This document shows, piece by piece, positions 50,415 through 63,851 of a DNA stretch of 64,000 nt; position 1 is the first letter of the stretch, and each line of letters opens with the position of its first letter. The notes beneath the pieces were generated by a model. It was not told where the DNA came from, did no database searches, and worked only from the letters and a program-made list of their open reading frames with translations. Both the position numbers and the translations under genes were made by a program. The DNA is from Macrostomum hystrix (lineage: Eukaryota; Animalia; Platyhelminthes), in contig CATNEN010000001.1 of the NCBI GenBank assembly GCA_950097015.1, positions 4,464,001 to 4,528,000 of the forward strand, given 5' to 3'.

Positions 50415-51325
50415 GATTAAGAAAACCCAATGTCAACGATTCAGAAGTCCCATTGTCAACGATTAAGAAATCCCATTGTCAGATTAAGAAATCCCATTTT
50501 CAAAGATTAAGAAATCCCATTGTTAAGATTTAGAAATCCCATTGTCAGATTAAGAAAACCCATTGTCAAAGATTAAGAAATCCCATTGTTAAGATTTAGA
50601 AATCCCATTGTCAAAGATTAAGAAATCCCATTGTTAAGATTTAGAAATCCCATTGTCAAAGATTAAGAAATCCCATTGTCAGATTAAGAAATCCCATTGT
50701 CAAAGATTAAGAAATCCCATTGTTAAGATTTAGAAATCCCATTGTCAAAGATTAAGAAATCCCATTGTCAGATTAAGAAAACCCATTGTCAAAGATTAAG
50801 AAATCCCATTGTCAAAAATTAAGAAAACCCATTGTCAAAGATTAAGAAATCCCATTGTTAAGATTCAGAAATCCCATTGTCACAGATTCAGAAATCCCAT
50901 TGTCAAAGATTAAGAAATCCCATTGTCAGATTAAGAAATCCCATTGTTAAGATTTAGAAATCCCATTGTAAAAGATTAAGAAATCCCATTGTCACAGATT
51001 CAGAAATCCCATTGTCAGATTAAGAAATCCCGTTGAAAATCCCATTGTTAAGATTCAGAAATCCCGTTGTCACAGATTCAGAAATCCCATTGTCAGATTA
51101 AGAAATCCCATTGTTAAGATTTAGAAATCCCATTGTAAAAGATTAAGAAATCCCATTGTCACAGATTCAGAAATCCCATTGTCACGGATTCAGAAATCCC
51201 ATTATCAAAGATTAAGAAAACTCATTGTCAGAGATTAAGAAATCCCATTGTCAGATTAAGAAATCCCATTGTGAAGATTTAGAAATCCCACTGTAAAAGA
51301 TTTAGAAATCCCATTGAAAATCCCA
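50415..51325. repeat. 21-23-bp minisatellite (GATTAAGAAATCCCATTGTCA[AA])n
   Basis: Tandem array with length variants. Confidence 0.93.
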
Positions 51326-53234
51326 TAATCTGTCCTTATTACACAATTAACTCACTTTAAAATGCGATTTTAATGTTTACAAAAATGTTCAGCAAAGTGA
51401 GAGAAAGAAATTAGAAAGGGTGGAAATTTCTAGCTTGCGTGGCAACAAAAAATTTGTTGGCCCTGTACATGCAGTGCGTGTGTGAGAGACAGTTTAGCTG
51501 AAAGCTAAAACGGAAGTAACCCGTTTTCAACAGCACTCCAAGATTCTCACTACAGCGTTACGTGGGTAGGTTAGCAGGGGGAGATTTTTCCTGTGAGGAT
51601 TCCGACCTTCTCCGTGAAGATGAGGAATGAAGGCTTGAAGACAGCCTTGCAGACACACTTAGGCGGCTTAAATCAGGATTAGTATACTGGTATATAATAT
51701 AGTACTGTACTCAAATTTACTAGCATTCTTAGCAAAATAAAATTTTCAATGCTTTCTTTGTGTGCAACTTTCATGCTTCGTGGTGCGTCTAAAATGTGTT
51801 GGATTTTTGCTTTCATAACAGAAAGAGAGAGACGAGCTTGCAATTTTTCTTCTTAACTAACTCAACGGTTAAAAAACGAGGTGTACATGATCTTCGAGCT
51901 AAAATCGACAACTGTCTAAAATTTTGATTCCCCAAATTCTCAATACCCAGAAATGCCAATCCAATAAAACTTTTATTTGCTTCAATCACGATACCAAAAA
52001 ATCCCCTTTTTATTAAAAACAGCGAAACTAAAAAATCCCAACTTCAAAAAATGCCACAACCGTTAAAATCCCAGTTACCCAGAAAATCACTTTCCCATAT
52101 TGAGAAATTCATGGACCTGTGAACTCCCTTAAATTACTGATTTTGTATATCCTAATTTCCAGAAATTTCACTTCTTAATAATCCCAAGTTTCTAAAAAAT
52201 CCCCTATTTCCAGGAAATCCTAATATCAAAATATCCCTGTCCCCTAAAAACCAACTTAACCAAATATTTCAAAACGCTAAAATTTCTCTTTCCCGCAATA
52301 CGGATTCTCGATAATCTTAAATCGCAAAAATCCCTATCAGCTGATGTGAAGCCAACCCGGAAATCCCATATTTCGCAATCCACAAAAATGTAAACGTCCA
52401 TAAAAACAAAATTTCTGAACGACTGCTTTCTAGAAATCTTATTTCCCTAAAATTCTACTTCTCTAAATCCATGTCCCAATAATCCCAACTCCGGAGAATC
52501 ATGTTATCCCTAATCTGTTTCTAAAATGTTGAAATGTCCCAAAAGTCCAGATTTTTGGGAATTTCCTAAAATCCCGATGACCTTAAAAATGCAATTCAAT
52601 AGAATGTTATTTGTCAAAATCCCAGATCCTAACTTTCAGTTAACAAAAAATAGCTGTAATAAAACATGGCTAAAGCCTTCAAGACAAATTTTCTTTGCAT
52701 TAAAAAATGTTCCCATTTAAGCTGTGGGATTACAATTGACAGATTAATCCCATGTAATGCCCCGCAATTACAAATTATAGACTTAATGAAAGCCGCTAGC
52801 AAAAGTCCGTTGCCAACAATCAGCATTAATGCCTAATTGATTGATAAAGAGTTCATTGTGGGCACCCTTATTTTCGTCTGATAGGAAAAGAAAGAACAAT
52901 TATAAGACAAGTTTACCCTGTCATACAGTTAACAGGTTCTGGATTTTTGTTGACCGCTAATCTTTCCAACCGCGAAGCCTTAATAATATATTCTCTAAGG
53001 ATAATCTCAATCGGCGCAGTTGCCCCAACTCCTCTAATCCGACCGAAGCCACTAGAAACCTGACATTCTTGGGCTGGAAAAGAATGAGTCGATTTTCAGA
53101 TAGTAAATCAAATCTAAGCCGACAAAGTGGCCTAAATCCGTGGTTGCACATTCTTTTGTGTTTGCCTGCAGTTATTTTAACCATAAAATCTGTTTGCTTC
53201 TCAAAATGTCACTGTCTATATTTCTCCTGTTGTC

Positions 53235-54070
53235 ATTTCATTTCTCATCGCTGTCTCAATCCTCATTTCTCATCTCTGTCTCAATCCTCATTTCTCATTT
53301 CTCATCTCTGTCTCAATCCTCATTTCTCATCTCTGTCTCAATCCTCATTTCTCATTTCTCATCTCTGTCTCAATCCTCATTTCTCATCTCTGTCTCAATC
53401 CTCATTTCTCATTTCTCATCTCTGTCTCAATCCTCATTTCTCATTTCTCATCTCTGTCTCAATCCTCATTTCTCATCTCTGTCTCAATCCTCATTTCTCA
53501 TTTCTCATCTCTGTCTCAATCCTCATTTCTCATTTCTCATCTCTGTCTCAATCCTCATTTCTCATCTCTGTCTCAATCCTCATTTCTCATCTCTGTCTCA
53601 ATCCTCATTTCTCATTTCTCATCTCTGTCTCAATCCTCATTTCTCATTTCTCATCTCTGTCTCAATCCTCATTTCTCATCTCTGTCTCAATCCTCATTTC
53701 TCATCTCTGTCTCAATCCTCATTTCTCATTTCTCATCTCTGTCTCAATCCTCATTTCTCATTTCTCATCTCTGTCTCAATCCTCATTTCTCATTTCTCAT
53801 CTCTGTCTCAATCCTCATTTCTTATTTCTCATCTCTGTCTCAATCCTCATTTCTCGTTTCTCATCTCTGTCTCAATCCTCATTTCTCATTTCTCATCTCT
53901 GTCTCAATCCTCATTTCTCATTTCTCATCTCTGTCTCAATCCTCATTTCTCATTTATCATCTCTGTCTCAATCCTCATTTCCCATCTCTGTCTCAATCCT
54001 CATTTCTCATTTCTCATCTCTGTCTCAATCCTCATTTCTGATCTGTCAATCCTGATTTCTCATCTCTGTC
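53235..54070. repeat. 25/32-bp minisatellite (TCTCATCTCTGTCTCAATCCTCATT[TCTCATT])n
   Basis: Two unit lengths differing by a 7-bp subrepeat. Confidence 0.95.
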
Positions 54071-55004
54071 TCATTCAATCATATATCATGTCTCACATTT
54101 ACTCACTTCTCAATAATTTGTTCCTAAAAGTGACCCAAGCACTTTAATTCCACCTGATTTGAGTTCTATAGAATATCCTGTTTTTTCCTGAATTCCAGAT
54201 TAAGGTCTGATCCATTTCAGTCCTGTTTTTCTCTCCCTACGTACGAGTATTTATAAAATATTATTTTCCAAATGTCAGTCCAACTGCACTTTCTTGTAGA
54301 TAGATCACTCGACAGTGACAGTAAATTTCCCCAAGCAAGAGAACGGTTCGAGGAAAAACGGGGATTATAGAAAATTCAAACAGAACGCGGTCTTGTAAAT
54401 TTAGTGAGTGAGGAGAAATGTTAAATTTCTGAGCACCAAAAACTTGCCACTTTTTAGTTAAGAAAGCACAGTTCAGGCCTTTGCACACGACTTTCCACTT
54501 TTCTAAAGGACAGCTTTTATGCTCCTAAAAGTTGGGATAAAGTTAAAATAGTATTCGGGATTTCTTCGTTGATTTTAAGGTGGAAGAAATTCTAATAGAG
54601 TATTCTCCAATCCTTCTTTTATTATTTTTCTCCTTTGCCTACAGAACTGTCTTTCCATCGTGCAGCAATGTAGCCAAGTACAAATATAGTTTCCGTTAAT
54701 GTGTATGCAATGGCAGTGCATTCTTTTTTTAATTTCCTGGCCAAATCGGAAACCTGTCCTACTTGGGGTCTGCTTTCGCTGCATTGGGATGACGGGAGTT
54801 GGGAAAAAGAGGATTCGGGATTGACACTTGATGAAGGCAACACCGATCAAGAGGTGAAGGGATATTGTCTCACGACCCGAAATCACTGCTTCCACTCAAC
54901 TTACTCAATCCTACAACATCCTGTGTTCCCAAAACTGACATTTTCTTTCTCCTTAAGTCATTACCAAGCAGCTTCTCACTCTCATTCTTCATTCTCCCTC
55001 AGCC

Positions 55005-55530
55005 TCTCATTCTCACTCTACTTCTCACTCTACTTCTCACTCTACTTCTCACTCTACTTCTCACTCTACTTCTCACTCTACTTCTCACTCTACTTCTCAC
55101 TCTACTTCTCACTCTACTTCTCACTCTACTTCTCAATCTACTTCTCACTCTACTTCTCAATCTACTTCTCACTCTACTTCTCACTCTACTTCTCAATCTA
55201 CTTCTCACTCTACTTCTCACTCTACTTCTCACTCTACTTCTCACTCTACTTCTCACTCTACTTCTCACTCTACTTCTCAATCTACTTCTCACTCTACTTC
55301 TCACTCTACTTCTCACTCTACTTCTCAATCTACTTCTCAATCTACTTCTCACTCTACTTCTCACTCTACTTCTCAATCTACTTCTCACTCTACTTCTCAC
55401 TCTACTTCTCAATCTACTTCTCACTCTACTTCTCACTCTACTTCTCACTCTACTTCTCACTCTACTTCTCACTCTACTTCTCACTGTACTTAATACTCTA
55501 CTTCACAATGTACTTCTCACTCCACTTCTC
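55005..55530. repeat. 12-bp minisatellite (CTACTTCTCACT)n
   Basis: Directly visible tandem array. Confidence 0.96.
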
Positions 55531-56096
55531 ACTCTATCTCCTACTACCATTCCATCAAGCCCTCATTCTCACTCTCATTCTCAATATACTTCTCTCTCTC
55601 TCACTCTACCTTAATAATTCATTATTCATAAAAATAAACATAACGAATAATATATATCTATAACAGATCAGATCATCCTGTTAGGTATTGAAAGATTTTG
55701 ACCGAAAATAGAGTGAGTAGCTTATAGTCGGTCAGATACTACGAGCTCGTATCTCGTACCTCGTGATCTCCTATTTTGTGCAAAGCTTAACCACGAAAAA
55801 AACACTCACACAAACCAACGCATATTAAGCATTACGGACACACAATTGCGAAATCATTCGACCAAAAAAACTTGGCAAAACGGGGACACGAAGAGACCCA
55901 GAAATAGCGGTCGTTTCCGAAAAAAAATCGATAATAACAAAAAACATGGCATACTTGGCCAAAGAAGATTTCTTGTCTTGATGAGGCTTGTTTCGGGCAT
56001 TCCAGGAAACCGATTTTCTGCTATATAATATCCTTTATTTTATAGGTATTGTCGCAGTATAATTCTCATTCACTTAAGTAAATTAATCTCCATCTT

Positions 56097-57622
56097 ACTC
56101 ACTCTCCCTTGTCACTCACTCTCTCTTGTCACTCACTCTCCCTTGTCACTCACTCTCCCTTGTCACTCACTCTCCCTTGTCACTCACTCTCCCTTGTCAC
56201 TCACTCTCCCTTGTCACTCATTCTCCCTTGTCACTCACTCTCCTGTGTCACTCACTCTCCTGTGTCACTCACTCTCCTGTGTCACTCATTCTCCCTTGTC
56301 ACTCACTCTCCCTTGTCACTCACTCTCCCTTGTCACTCACTCTCCCTTGTCACTCATTCTCCCTTGTCACTCACTCTCCTGTGTCACTCACTCTCCTGTG
56401 TCACTCACTCTCCTGTGTCACTCATTCTCCCTTGTCACTCACTCTCCCTTGTCACTCACTCTCCCTTGTCACTCACTCTCCCTTGTCACTCACTCTCCCT
56501 TGTCACTCACTCTCCCTTGTCACTCACTCTCCCTTGTCACTCACTCTCCCTTGTCACTCACTCTCCCTTGTCACTCACTCTCCCTTGTCACTCACTCTCC
56601 CTTGTCACTCACTCTCCCTTGTCACTCACTCTCCCTTGTCACTCACTCTCCTGTGTCACTCATTCTCCCTTGTCACTCACTCTCCCTTGTCACTCACTCT
56701 CCCTTGTCACTCACTCTCCCTTGTCACTCATTCTCCCTTGTCACTCACTCTCCTGTGTCACTCACTCTCCTGTGTCACTCACTCTCCTGTGTCACTCATT
56801 CTCCCTTGTCACTCACTCTCCCTTGTCACTCACTCTCCCTTGTCACTCACTCTCCCTTGTCACTCACTCTCCCTTGTCACTCACTCTCCCTTGTCACTCA
56901 CTCTCCCTTGTCACTCACTCTCCCTTGTCACTCACTCTCCCTTGTCACTCACTCTCCCTTGTCACTCACTCTCCCTTGTCACTCACTCTCCCTTGTCACT
57001 CACTCTCCCTTGTCACTCACTCTCCCTTGTCACTCACTCTCCCTTGTCACTCACTCTCCTGTGTCACTCACTCTCCTGTGTCACTCACTCTCCTGTGTCA
57101 CTCACTCTCCCTTGTCACTCACTCTCCCTTGTCACTCACTCTCCCTTGTCACTCACTCTCCCTTGTCACTCACTCTCCCTTGTCACTCACTCTCCTTTGT
57201 CACTCACTCTCCCTTGTCACTCACTCTCTCTTGTCACTCACTCTCCTTTGTCACTCACTCTCCCTTGTCACTCACTCTCCCTTGTCACTCACTCTCCCTT
57301 GTCACTCACTCTCCCTTGTCACTCACTCTCCCTTGTCACTCACTCTCCCTTGTCACTCACTCTCCCTTGTCACTCACTCTCCCTTGTCACTCACTCTCCC
57401 TTGTCACTCACTCTCCTTTGTCACTCACTCTCCCTTGTCACTCACTCTCCCTTGTCACTCACTCTCCCTTGTCACTCACTCTCCCTTGTCACTCACTCTC
57501 CCTTGTCACTCACTCTCCCTTGTCACTCACTCTCCCTTGTCACTCACTCTCCCTTGTCACTCACTCTCCTGTGTCACTCACTCTCCCTTGTCACTCACTC
57601 TCCCTTGTCACTCACTCTCCTT
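56097..57622. repeat. 17-bp minisatellite (CACTCACTCTCCCTTGT)n
   Basis: Directly visible; 17-aa periodicity in all three plus frames. Confidence 0.97.
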
Positions 57623-58319
57623 TTGTAAGTCACTCTCTTTTTACCTCATTTTAGCTATTTTTCAACCCTCGACCGTTAGAATTCACAAGGGAGTTTTGGA
57701 AACCAAATTATTCAACAGAACAACCTCAGTACGAAAGAAGGCAGACATTTATCAGTTGTCACGTTCTAGGTAAAAATATCCGTTTTCTTAGCCTATGCAT
57801 GACAATTTAGATTTGTGAGTTTTGTCACGTGTCTGACGATTGCGTAACTATGGTTAAAAAAAATTTTTTTTCAGTACAGAGAGTTCTGATTTCATAATCA
57901 CGATCACGACGATCAAAAGGATGATCAAGACAAAAATAAAATTCAGTAGGTCTAGCCTAACGATACAATCAGGAGTTTGGCTTGTAAAATAGCATTAGCC
58001 CATCATTTGGTCAAGAGGCCGGTGTTACTATGGTCAGAATTCCACGATATACTGCGATTGCTATGGGCATATTTTTTTAAGCCTTTAAGCCGATGGGTCT
58101 AATGACCCTTATTCAACTGAAACGGTGGATATTTGCTGTAACCAAGGCCTCAATGAAGTATATAGATAGTAATGCGCGTGTGCATATGGGTATATAATCG
58201 ATTTTTAGTTTTAGTAAAGACTCAGACAGAAGAGAGAGAAGGCCAGAAAACACAAAAAAAGTTGGATAGAATATTTCAGAAAGTAAGAGGGACAATTTCT
58301 TAGAGCAGTGGAGGGTGAA

Positions 58320-59080
58320 GAGGAGAGGAGAGGAGAGGAGAGGAGAGGAGAGGAGAGGAGAGGAGAGGAGAGGAGAGGAGAGGAGAGGAGAGGAGAGGAG
58401 AGGAGAGGAGATGAGAGGAGAGGAGAGGAGAGGAGAGGAGAGGAGAGGAGACGAGAGGAGAGGAGAGGAGAGGAGAGGAGATGAGAGGAGAGGAGAGGAG
58501 AGGAGACGAGAGGAGAGGAGACGAGAGGAGAGGAGAGGAGAGGAGAGGAGATGAGAGGAGAGGAGAGGAGATGAGAGGAGAGGAGAGGAGAGGAGAGGAG
58601 ATGAGAGGAGATGAGAGGAGATGAGAGGAGAGGAGAGGAGAGGAGAGGAGAGGAGAGGAGAGGAGATGAGAGGAGAGGAGAGGAGAGGAGAGGAGAAGAG
58701 AGGAGAGGAGAGGAGAGGAGAGGAGAAGAGAAGAGAGGAGAGGAGAGGAGAGGAGAGGAGATGAGAGGAGAGGAGAGGAGATGAGAGGAGAGGAGAGGAG
58801 AGGAGAGGAGAGGAGATGAGAGGAGAGGAGAGGAGAGGAGAGGAGAGGAGATGAGAGGAGAGGAGAGGAGAGGAGAGGAGATAAGAGGAGAGGAGAGGAG
58901 AGGAGAGGAGAGGAGAGGAGAGGAGAGGAGAGGAGAGGAGAGGAGAGGAGAGGAGAGGAGAGGAGAGGAGAGGAGAGGAGAGGAGAGGAGAGGAGAGGAG
59001 AGGAGAGGAGAGGAGAGGAGAGGAGAGGAGAGGAGAGGAGAGGAGAGGAGAGGAGATGAGAGGAGAGGAGAGGAGAGGAG
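58320..59080. repeat. (AGGAG)n pentamer microsatellite
   Basis: Directly visible tandem array. Confidence 0.97.
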
Positions 59081-59514
59081 GGTTGAAAACAGCGAAGTTT
59101 CACATCTTAGTATCCCTAAGATGGGGATTCTTAATATCCGCTCCGGCCCCGGGATGAATATTATCATCATTAAAAGCAGACCATATTATTCTAGAAGGTG
59201 TGAGAGGCAAATTTCACCTTAAATGGCCTCCAACCTGAGCCTTGGCCTGCTCTTTGCTGAAATAATTAGGGTTTAGCAAGCCTCTCAGTATTAGTGGCTA
59301 GCCTATATTTAAATTGGCTCTACCCCTTCGTTACACTTAATTATCTTAGTTTTTTTATAAGTCTTCGTAGTTTGTTCTTACCATCGCGTCTTAATGAGGT
59401 TTGGGAACATTTTAGATTTTTACGCTCAGTAAAATTCAATTGTTTGTCAACTCCTGAGATTTACATTCCTAATCTGCGTCTTTCAATGCGTTTTATCATC
59501 TAACCCTCAGTGCC

Positions 59515-60195
59515 CCTCCTCCTCTCTCTCTCCCTCTCTCCCTCTCTCCTTCTCTCGCTCTCTCCCTCTCTCCCTCTCTCCCTCTCTCCCGCTCTCCCTC
59601 TCTACCTCTCTCCCTCTCTCCCTCTCTCCCTCTCTCCCTCTCTACCTCTCTCCCGCTCTCCCTCTATACCGCTCTCCCTCTCTCCCTCTCTACCTCTCTC
59701 CCTCTCTACCTCCCTCCCTCTCTACCTCTCTCCCTCTCTACCTCCCTCCCTCTCTACCTCTCTCCCACTCTACATCTCTCCCTCTCTACCTCTCTCCCTC
59801 TCTACCTCTCTCCCTCTCTACCTCTCTACCTCTCTCCCTCTCTACCTCTCTCCCTATCTACCTCTCTCCCTCTCTACCTCTATCCCGCTCTCCCTCTCTA
59901 CCTCTCTCCCTCTCTACCTCTCTCCCTATCTACCTCTCTCCCTCTCTCCCTCTCTCCCTCTCTCCCTATCTACCTCTCTCCCTCTCTCCCTATCTACCTC
60001 TCTCCCTCTCTACCTCTCTCCCTCTCTCCCTATCTACCTCTCTCCCTCTCTACCTCTATCCCGCTCTCCCTCTCTACCTCTCTCCCTCTCTACCTCTATC
60101 CCGCTCTCCCTCTCTACCTCTCTACCTCTCTCCCTCTCTCCCTCTCTCCCTCTCTCCTCTCTTTTTATCCTCATTTCTCCCTCTCTCCCTCTCTC
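59515..60195. repeat. CT-rich ~8-bp repeat (CTCTCTCC/CTCTCTAC)n
   Basis: Directly visible tandem array. Confidence 0.92.
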
Positions 60196-60619
60196 CCATT
60201 TTAAAATGGATGATATTTCTTTAGTTATCTAATATTCTTTTCCATGTGCAAATCTCAAGCAGCATAGATCTAAGCGCTATAACAGAAATCTAGTTGTATT
60301 CTTGTCTTTATAACGAGTATATTACTTTGGTATATAAATACTTTACTGTCCAGCTTCGCTAGCGGTTTTACAACTTTTCCGGGGAGTCTCTGCAATGATG
60401 GCACGATAGGTTCTGGTTGCGGGTCGCTAGCCTATAGCTCTGGTCGCAATTTTCTAATCTATTTTAATACTCAGCATCTGCTAAATAAACTTAACAATCT
60501 GTCGTGTCTGTGAGAGCTCTGTAGTTTATTCAACTACTGTGCAGTAGTATCTAATTTAAATCGTGACCCTTTATTTAAGAAACCAGTATAGTTAGCTAGT
60601 TCTCATTACATCTCCGTCT

Positions 60620-61015
60620 CATCCTTCTCCACCTCCCTCTCCTCCTCCCTCCCTCTCCTCCTCTCTCTCATCCTCCCTCTCATCCTCCCTCTCATCCTCC
60701 CTCTCCTCCTCTCTCTCATCCTCTCTCTCCTCCTTCCTCTCATCCTCCCTCTCCTCCCTCCCTCTCCTCCTCTCTCTCATCCTCCCTCTCATCCTCCCTC
60801 TCATCCTCCCTCTCCTCCTCTCTCTCATCCTCTCTCTCCTCCTTCCTCTCATCCTCCCTCTCCTCCCTCCCTCTCCTCCTCTCTCTCATCCTCTCATCCT
60901 CCCTCTCCTCCTTCCTCTCATCCTCCCTCTCCTCCCTCCCTCTCCTCCTCTCTCTCATCCTCTTTCTCATCCTCCATCTCATCCTCCCTCTCATCCTCTC
61001 TCTCCTCCTCGCTCT
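60620..61015. repeat. ~12-bp CT-rich repeat (TCCTCCCTCTCA)n
   Basis: Directly visible tandem array. Confidence 0.9.
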
Positions 61016-61949
61016 CTTTCTCCGAAGAATCTTTTTAGTTTTGTAAGTCTCCCCATCTTCATAAAAACCCATTACAGTTGCGCGACAAAACCTTTAACGC
61101 AAGCTTTCAATATCAATTCAATCAAGATTCAACCTTAATAATGCTTTCTGTGCAAGGTAAGTCTCAATTATTGTCTAGTACGATAGCATACGGCAACTTA
61201 CAAAAGTACTAAATAACTGATACATTTTAGAACATATATTATAGCCATCAGTTTTGCAAGGAGTGAAATTTAGGTAAGTAATTTTTTATCTATCGTTTGT
61301 TTCTGTTATCTAGAAATGGAATTAGAAATTTCTATTAGTTTAAAATAAAAAGTAGAAATAAGAATAAACGAGATTGGCAAAAATTTTCGCAAATTTTGCA
61401 TTATTGACTTGTATTTTCTGACTGCACTACTTTTAGTAAAAATACACGCAAATCATACGCGCAAATTGAAAAATATGTCACAACATGGCCCCGCGTGCCA
61501 TTTCGACTCAGTCGCGTTTTTTGTAATCCGGCTTTCGATTCTGTCTTCTCCCAATTTTTCCCCTTGCACGGCACGCTACAACGCGTCGTTGCAGTGGAAC
61601 AGGGGAAGGAGCATTCCTTCCCAAGAATGCAGATCCCAATGATAGCGGGATGATTAAAAAAAGCGTGAGCACACCACTAGCCTCTCGTGGAGCTCAAATT
61701 CTCCTCGCCTTCGGTTGTTGCTATTTTTAGCATCGGAACGCGTCAAACATTTTGAAAACCGATTTCTCTAGCTGCTCACTGCGAGCTCATTTAAGACCCC
61801 ACAGTCGAATTGCGTGACTTATACACAACACCCTCGCGCAAAGAAGTCGTGACTCTCATGCCTTTCAAATTGCTGAAGCTCTGCTGCACTCACTGATTAT
61901 GCAACCGTTGGTTTGTTAAACGATTAACTGCTAGGCGGATTGGGTCAAG

Positions 61950-62240
61950 TAAGGTTCCTCACGCCAAGGTCCCTGAGCTCGATTCCACGGCGAGGCCACA
62001 TTCATTTGGGGCGCAGCCGCGGAGAGAAGGCTTGGGGGCTTGTCGTGCAATTTACGCCCTTGAGGGCCAACCTCCAAGGCACAGTGAGAGTGTACACTGC
62101 CTGACGATGAGAAAGTCAGGGCAGATGTACACACCTTGTGTGAGTGTGTGCTCAGGAGTCAGCTGAATGGGCAGAATTGCCTCCTCGCTGGCTGTGGGTC
62201 TACTGACACCAGATGATGTGCCAGTGTCCAACAGCCTCAC
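61950..62240 (+). mobile_element. SINE family A copy with eroded ends
   Basis: Reverse-complement match to 4500-4790. Confidence 0.9.
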
Positions 62241-62399
62241 TGAATATACGTTATTCTTCGTTTACGGCTTTGAAACGAAGCGAGTTCTACAAATTTGTTA
62301 CAACATGGTGAGTGGGACTTATGTCGATTTGAATATTATATTCATTTGTTATCTTACTTAACTTCTTTATAGCCTAAACTGCTCCAAAAACATACAATG

Positions 62400-62699
62400 T
62401 CCAACAGATTCCTGTCTAACAGACTGTCTACTAGACTTTACTGTGTAAAAGATTGTCTAACATATTGTCTAACAGATTCCACTGTCTAACAGATTCCACT
62501 GTCTAACAGATTACACTGTCTAACAGATTCTACTGTCTAACAGATTCCACTGTCTAACAGATTCCACTGTCTAACAGATTCCACTGTCTAACAGATTCCA
62601 CTGTCTAACAGATTCCACTGTCTAACAGATTCCACTGTCTAACAGATTCCACTGTCTAATGTCTAACAGATTGTCTAACAGATTCCACTGTTAGACAAT
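62400..62699. repeat. 17-bp minisatellite (CTGTCTAACAGATTCCA)n ending in a fold-back
   Basis: Period 17; terminal inverted copy at 62688-62699. Confidence 0.92.
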
Positions 62700-63851
62700 A
62701 AATTAGAAACCAATATTAACCCTACCTAAACAAGAACATGTTAATATTATGGCAATTAAAAAAACTAGCCTAAAGATAAGAAACCTTTGTAAATTGTTGT
62801 CGGATTAAATAAACACAGTCATTACAATAAACAAGGCTAAAAATAGACACTAGAAAATAAGGGAACTCTATTTGCCCTGAGTTACTACAGTATATGTGTA
62901 TATATAGCATGGAGAGTAAACCAGTTTTAGTAGATTGGGCAGATGAAAAAGCGTCAGGGATTTGCTTGCTTGTGGTGTGCGTGTCTTCCTACTCCCCTAT
63001 CTCCTATAGATTCTCATCAATATGAGCAGCTTCTCAGTACTCACACACACACACAGACAGACACACACACACACACACACAGACAGACAAGGATGGACAC
63101 TGAAAAACTTCCACATGCAACACCAGACCTCATCTCGACCTACTCCACTCACCCACCCCACCCTCCTCGTTCCTCTCTCCCCTATTGAAAGAGGGGCTGC
63201 TAAATTGGACCGACCGCGCTGATTGGCTGCAGCGGTCTGAGGCGGGTGGGGTGGGTGGTGAGGATTTTTGGCTGAATATACTTTTTCGCATTAGTCGGGA
63301 CTAAAGAAATAAAAAGCAAGCTGCAAAAGCAGGGCGTCGACTAGGGAAGAGAAATGGAGAGAAGGAGAGAGAGAGAGATAAAGTGAGGTGGCTCAAATTG
63401 GATACTGACCCTTGGTCAACAGTGTTCTCAGTCTCAAGCCAGGTCCTACCTAACTCCCCTCCCTACTCACTACTGTATTCGCCCACTCTTCCCCGTGAAG
63501 ACAGCCAATGAATAGTCTCGGCCGCTAGGGACAGCTGGGTTGAGGGGGGCATTGCTTTTTCCTTCCCATTGGACTTACAACCAACCCTCCTCCTTTCTTT
63601 CCTATTGCTCCCAAATAATCTCTTCCTGTCTCCTCAGCCGTGTCCGCATCCCATCTCTTTTACCCTCGAGGTGTCAAGAAATCAGAAACTGTTACATTGT
63701 GCTTAGTTTGCCATCTCAAACAAAAACAAATGTTTGTCAGGCAGAAATGAACTGAACGATTAGAGGTTAGGGACATAGACAGTGATTGATAGGGAGCAGG
63801 TGGCGATAATTAAACAGATTCTTAGAGCGGTCCTACGCCTCCACCGGCAGC

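Noticed and set aside
54999-55484. RS-domain-like ORF (RSRV)n
   Set aside because: It is the reverse strand of a perfect 12-bp repeat with no codon variation or splice context.
62101-62115. CTGACGA-TGA-GAAA resembling a hammerhead ribozyme core
   Set aside because: There is no stem II and no UH cleavage site next to stem I; the bases fit a plain hairpin.
62179-62192. GCCTCCTCGCTGGC in SINE A, matching (from memory) the P3/L3 of the HDV ribozyme
   Set aside because: I could build no P1 partner, P1.1 GG or J4/2. The full-length copy differs (CTCCCTGG) and the segment pairs within a simple 3' hairpin instead.
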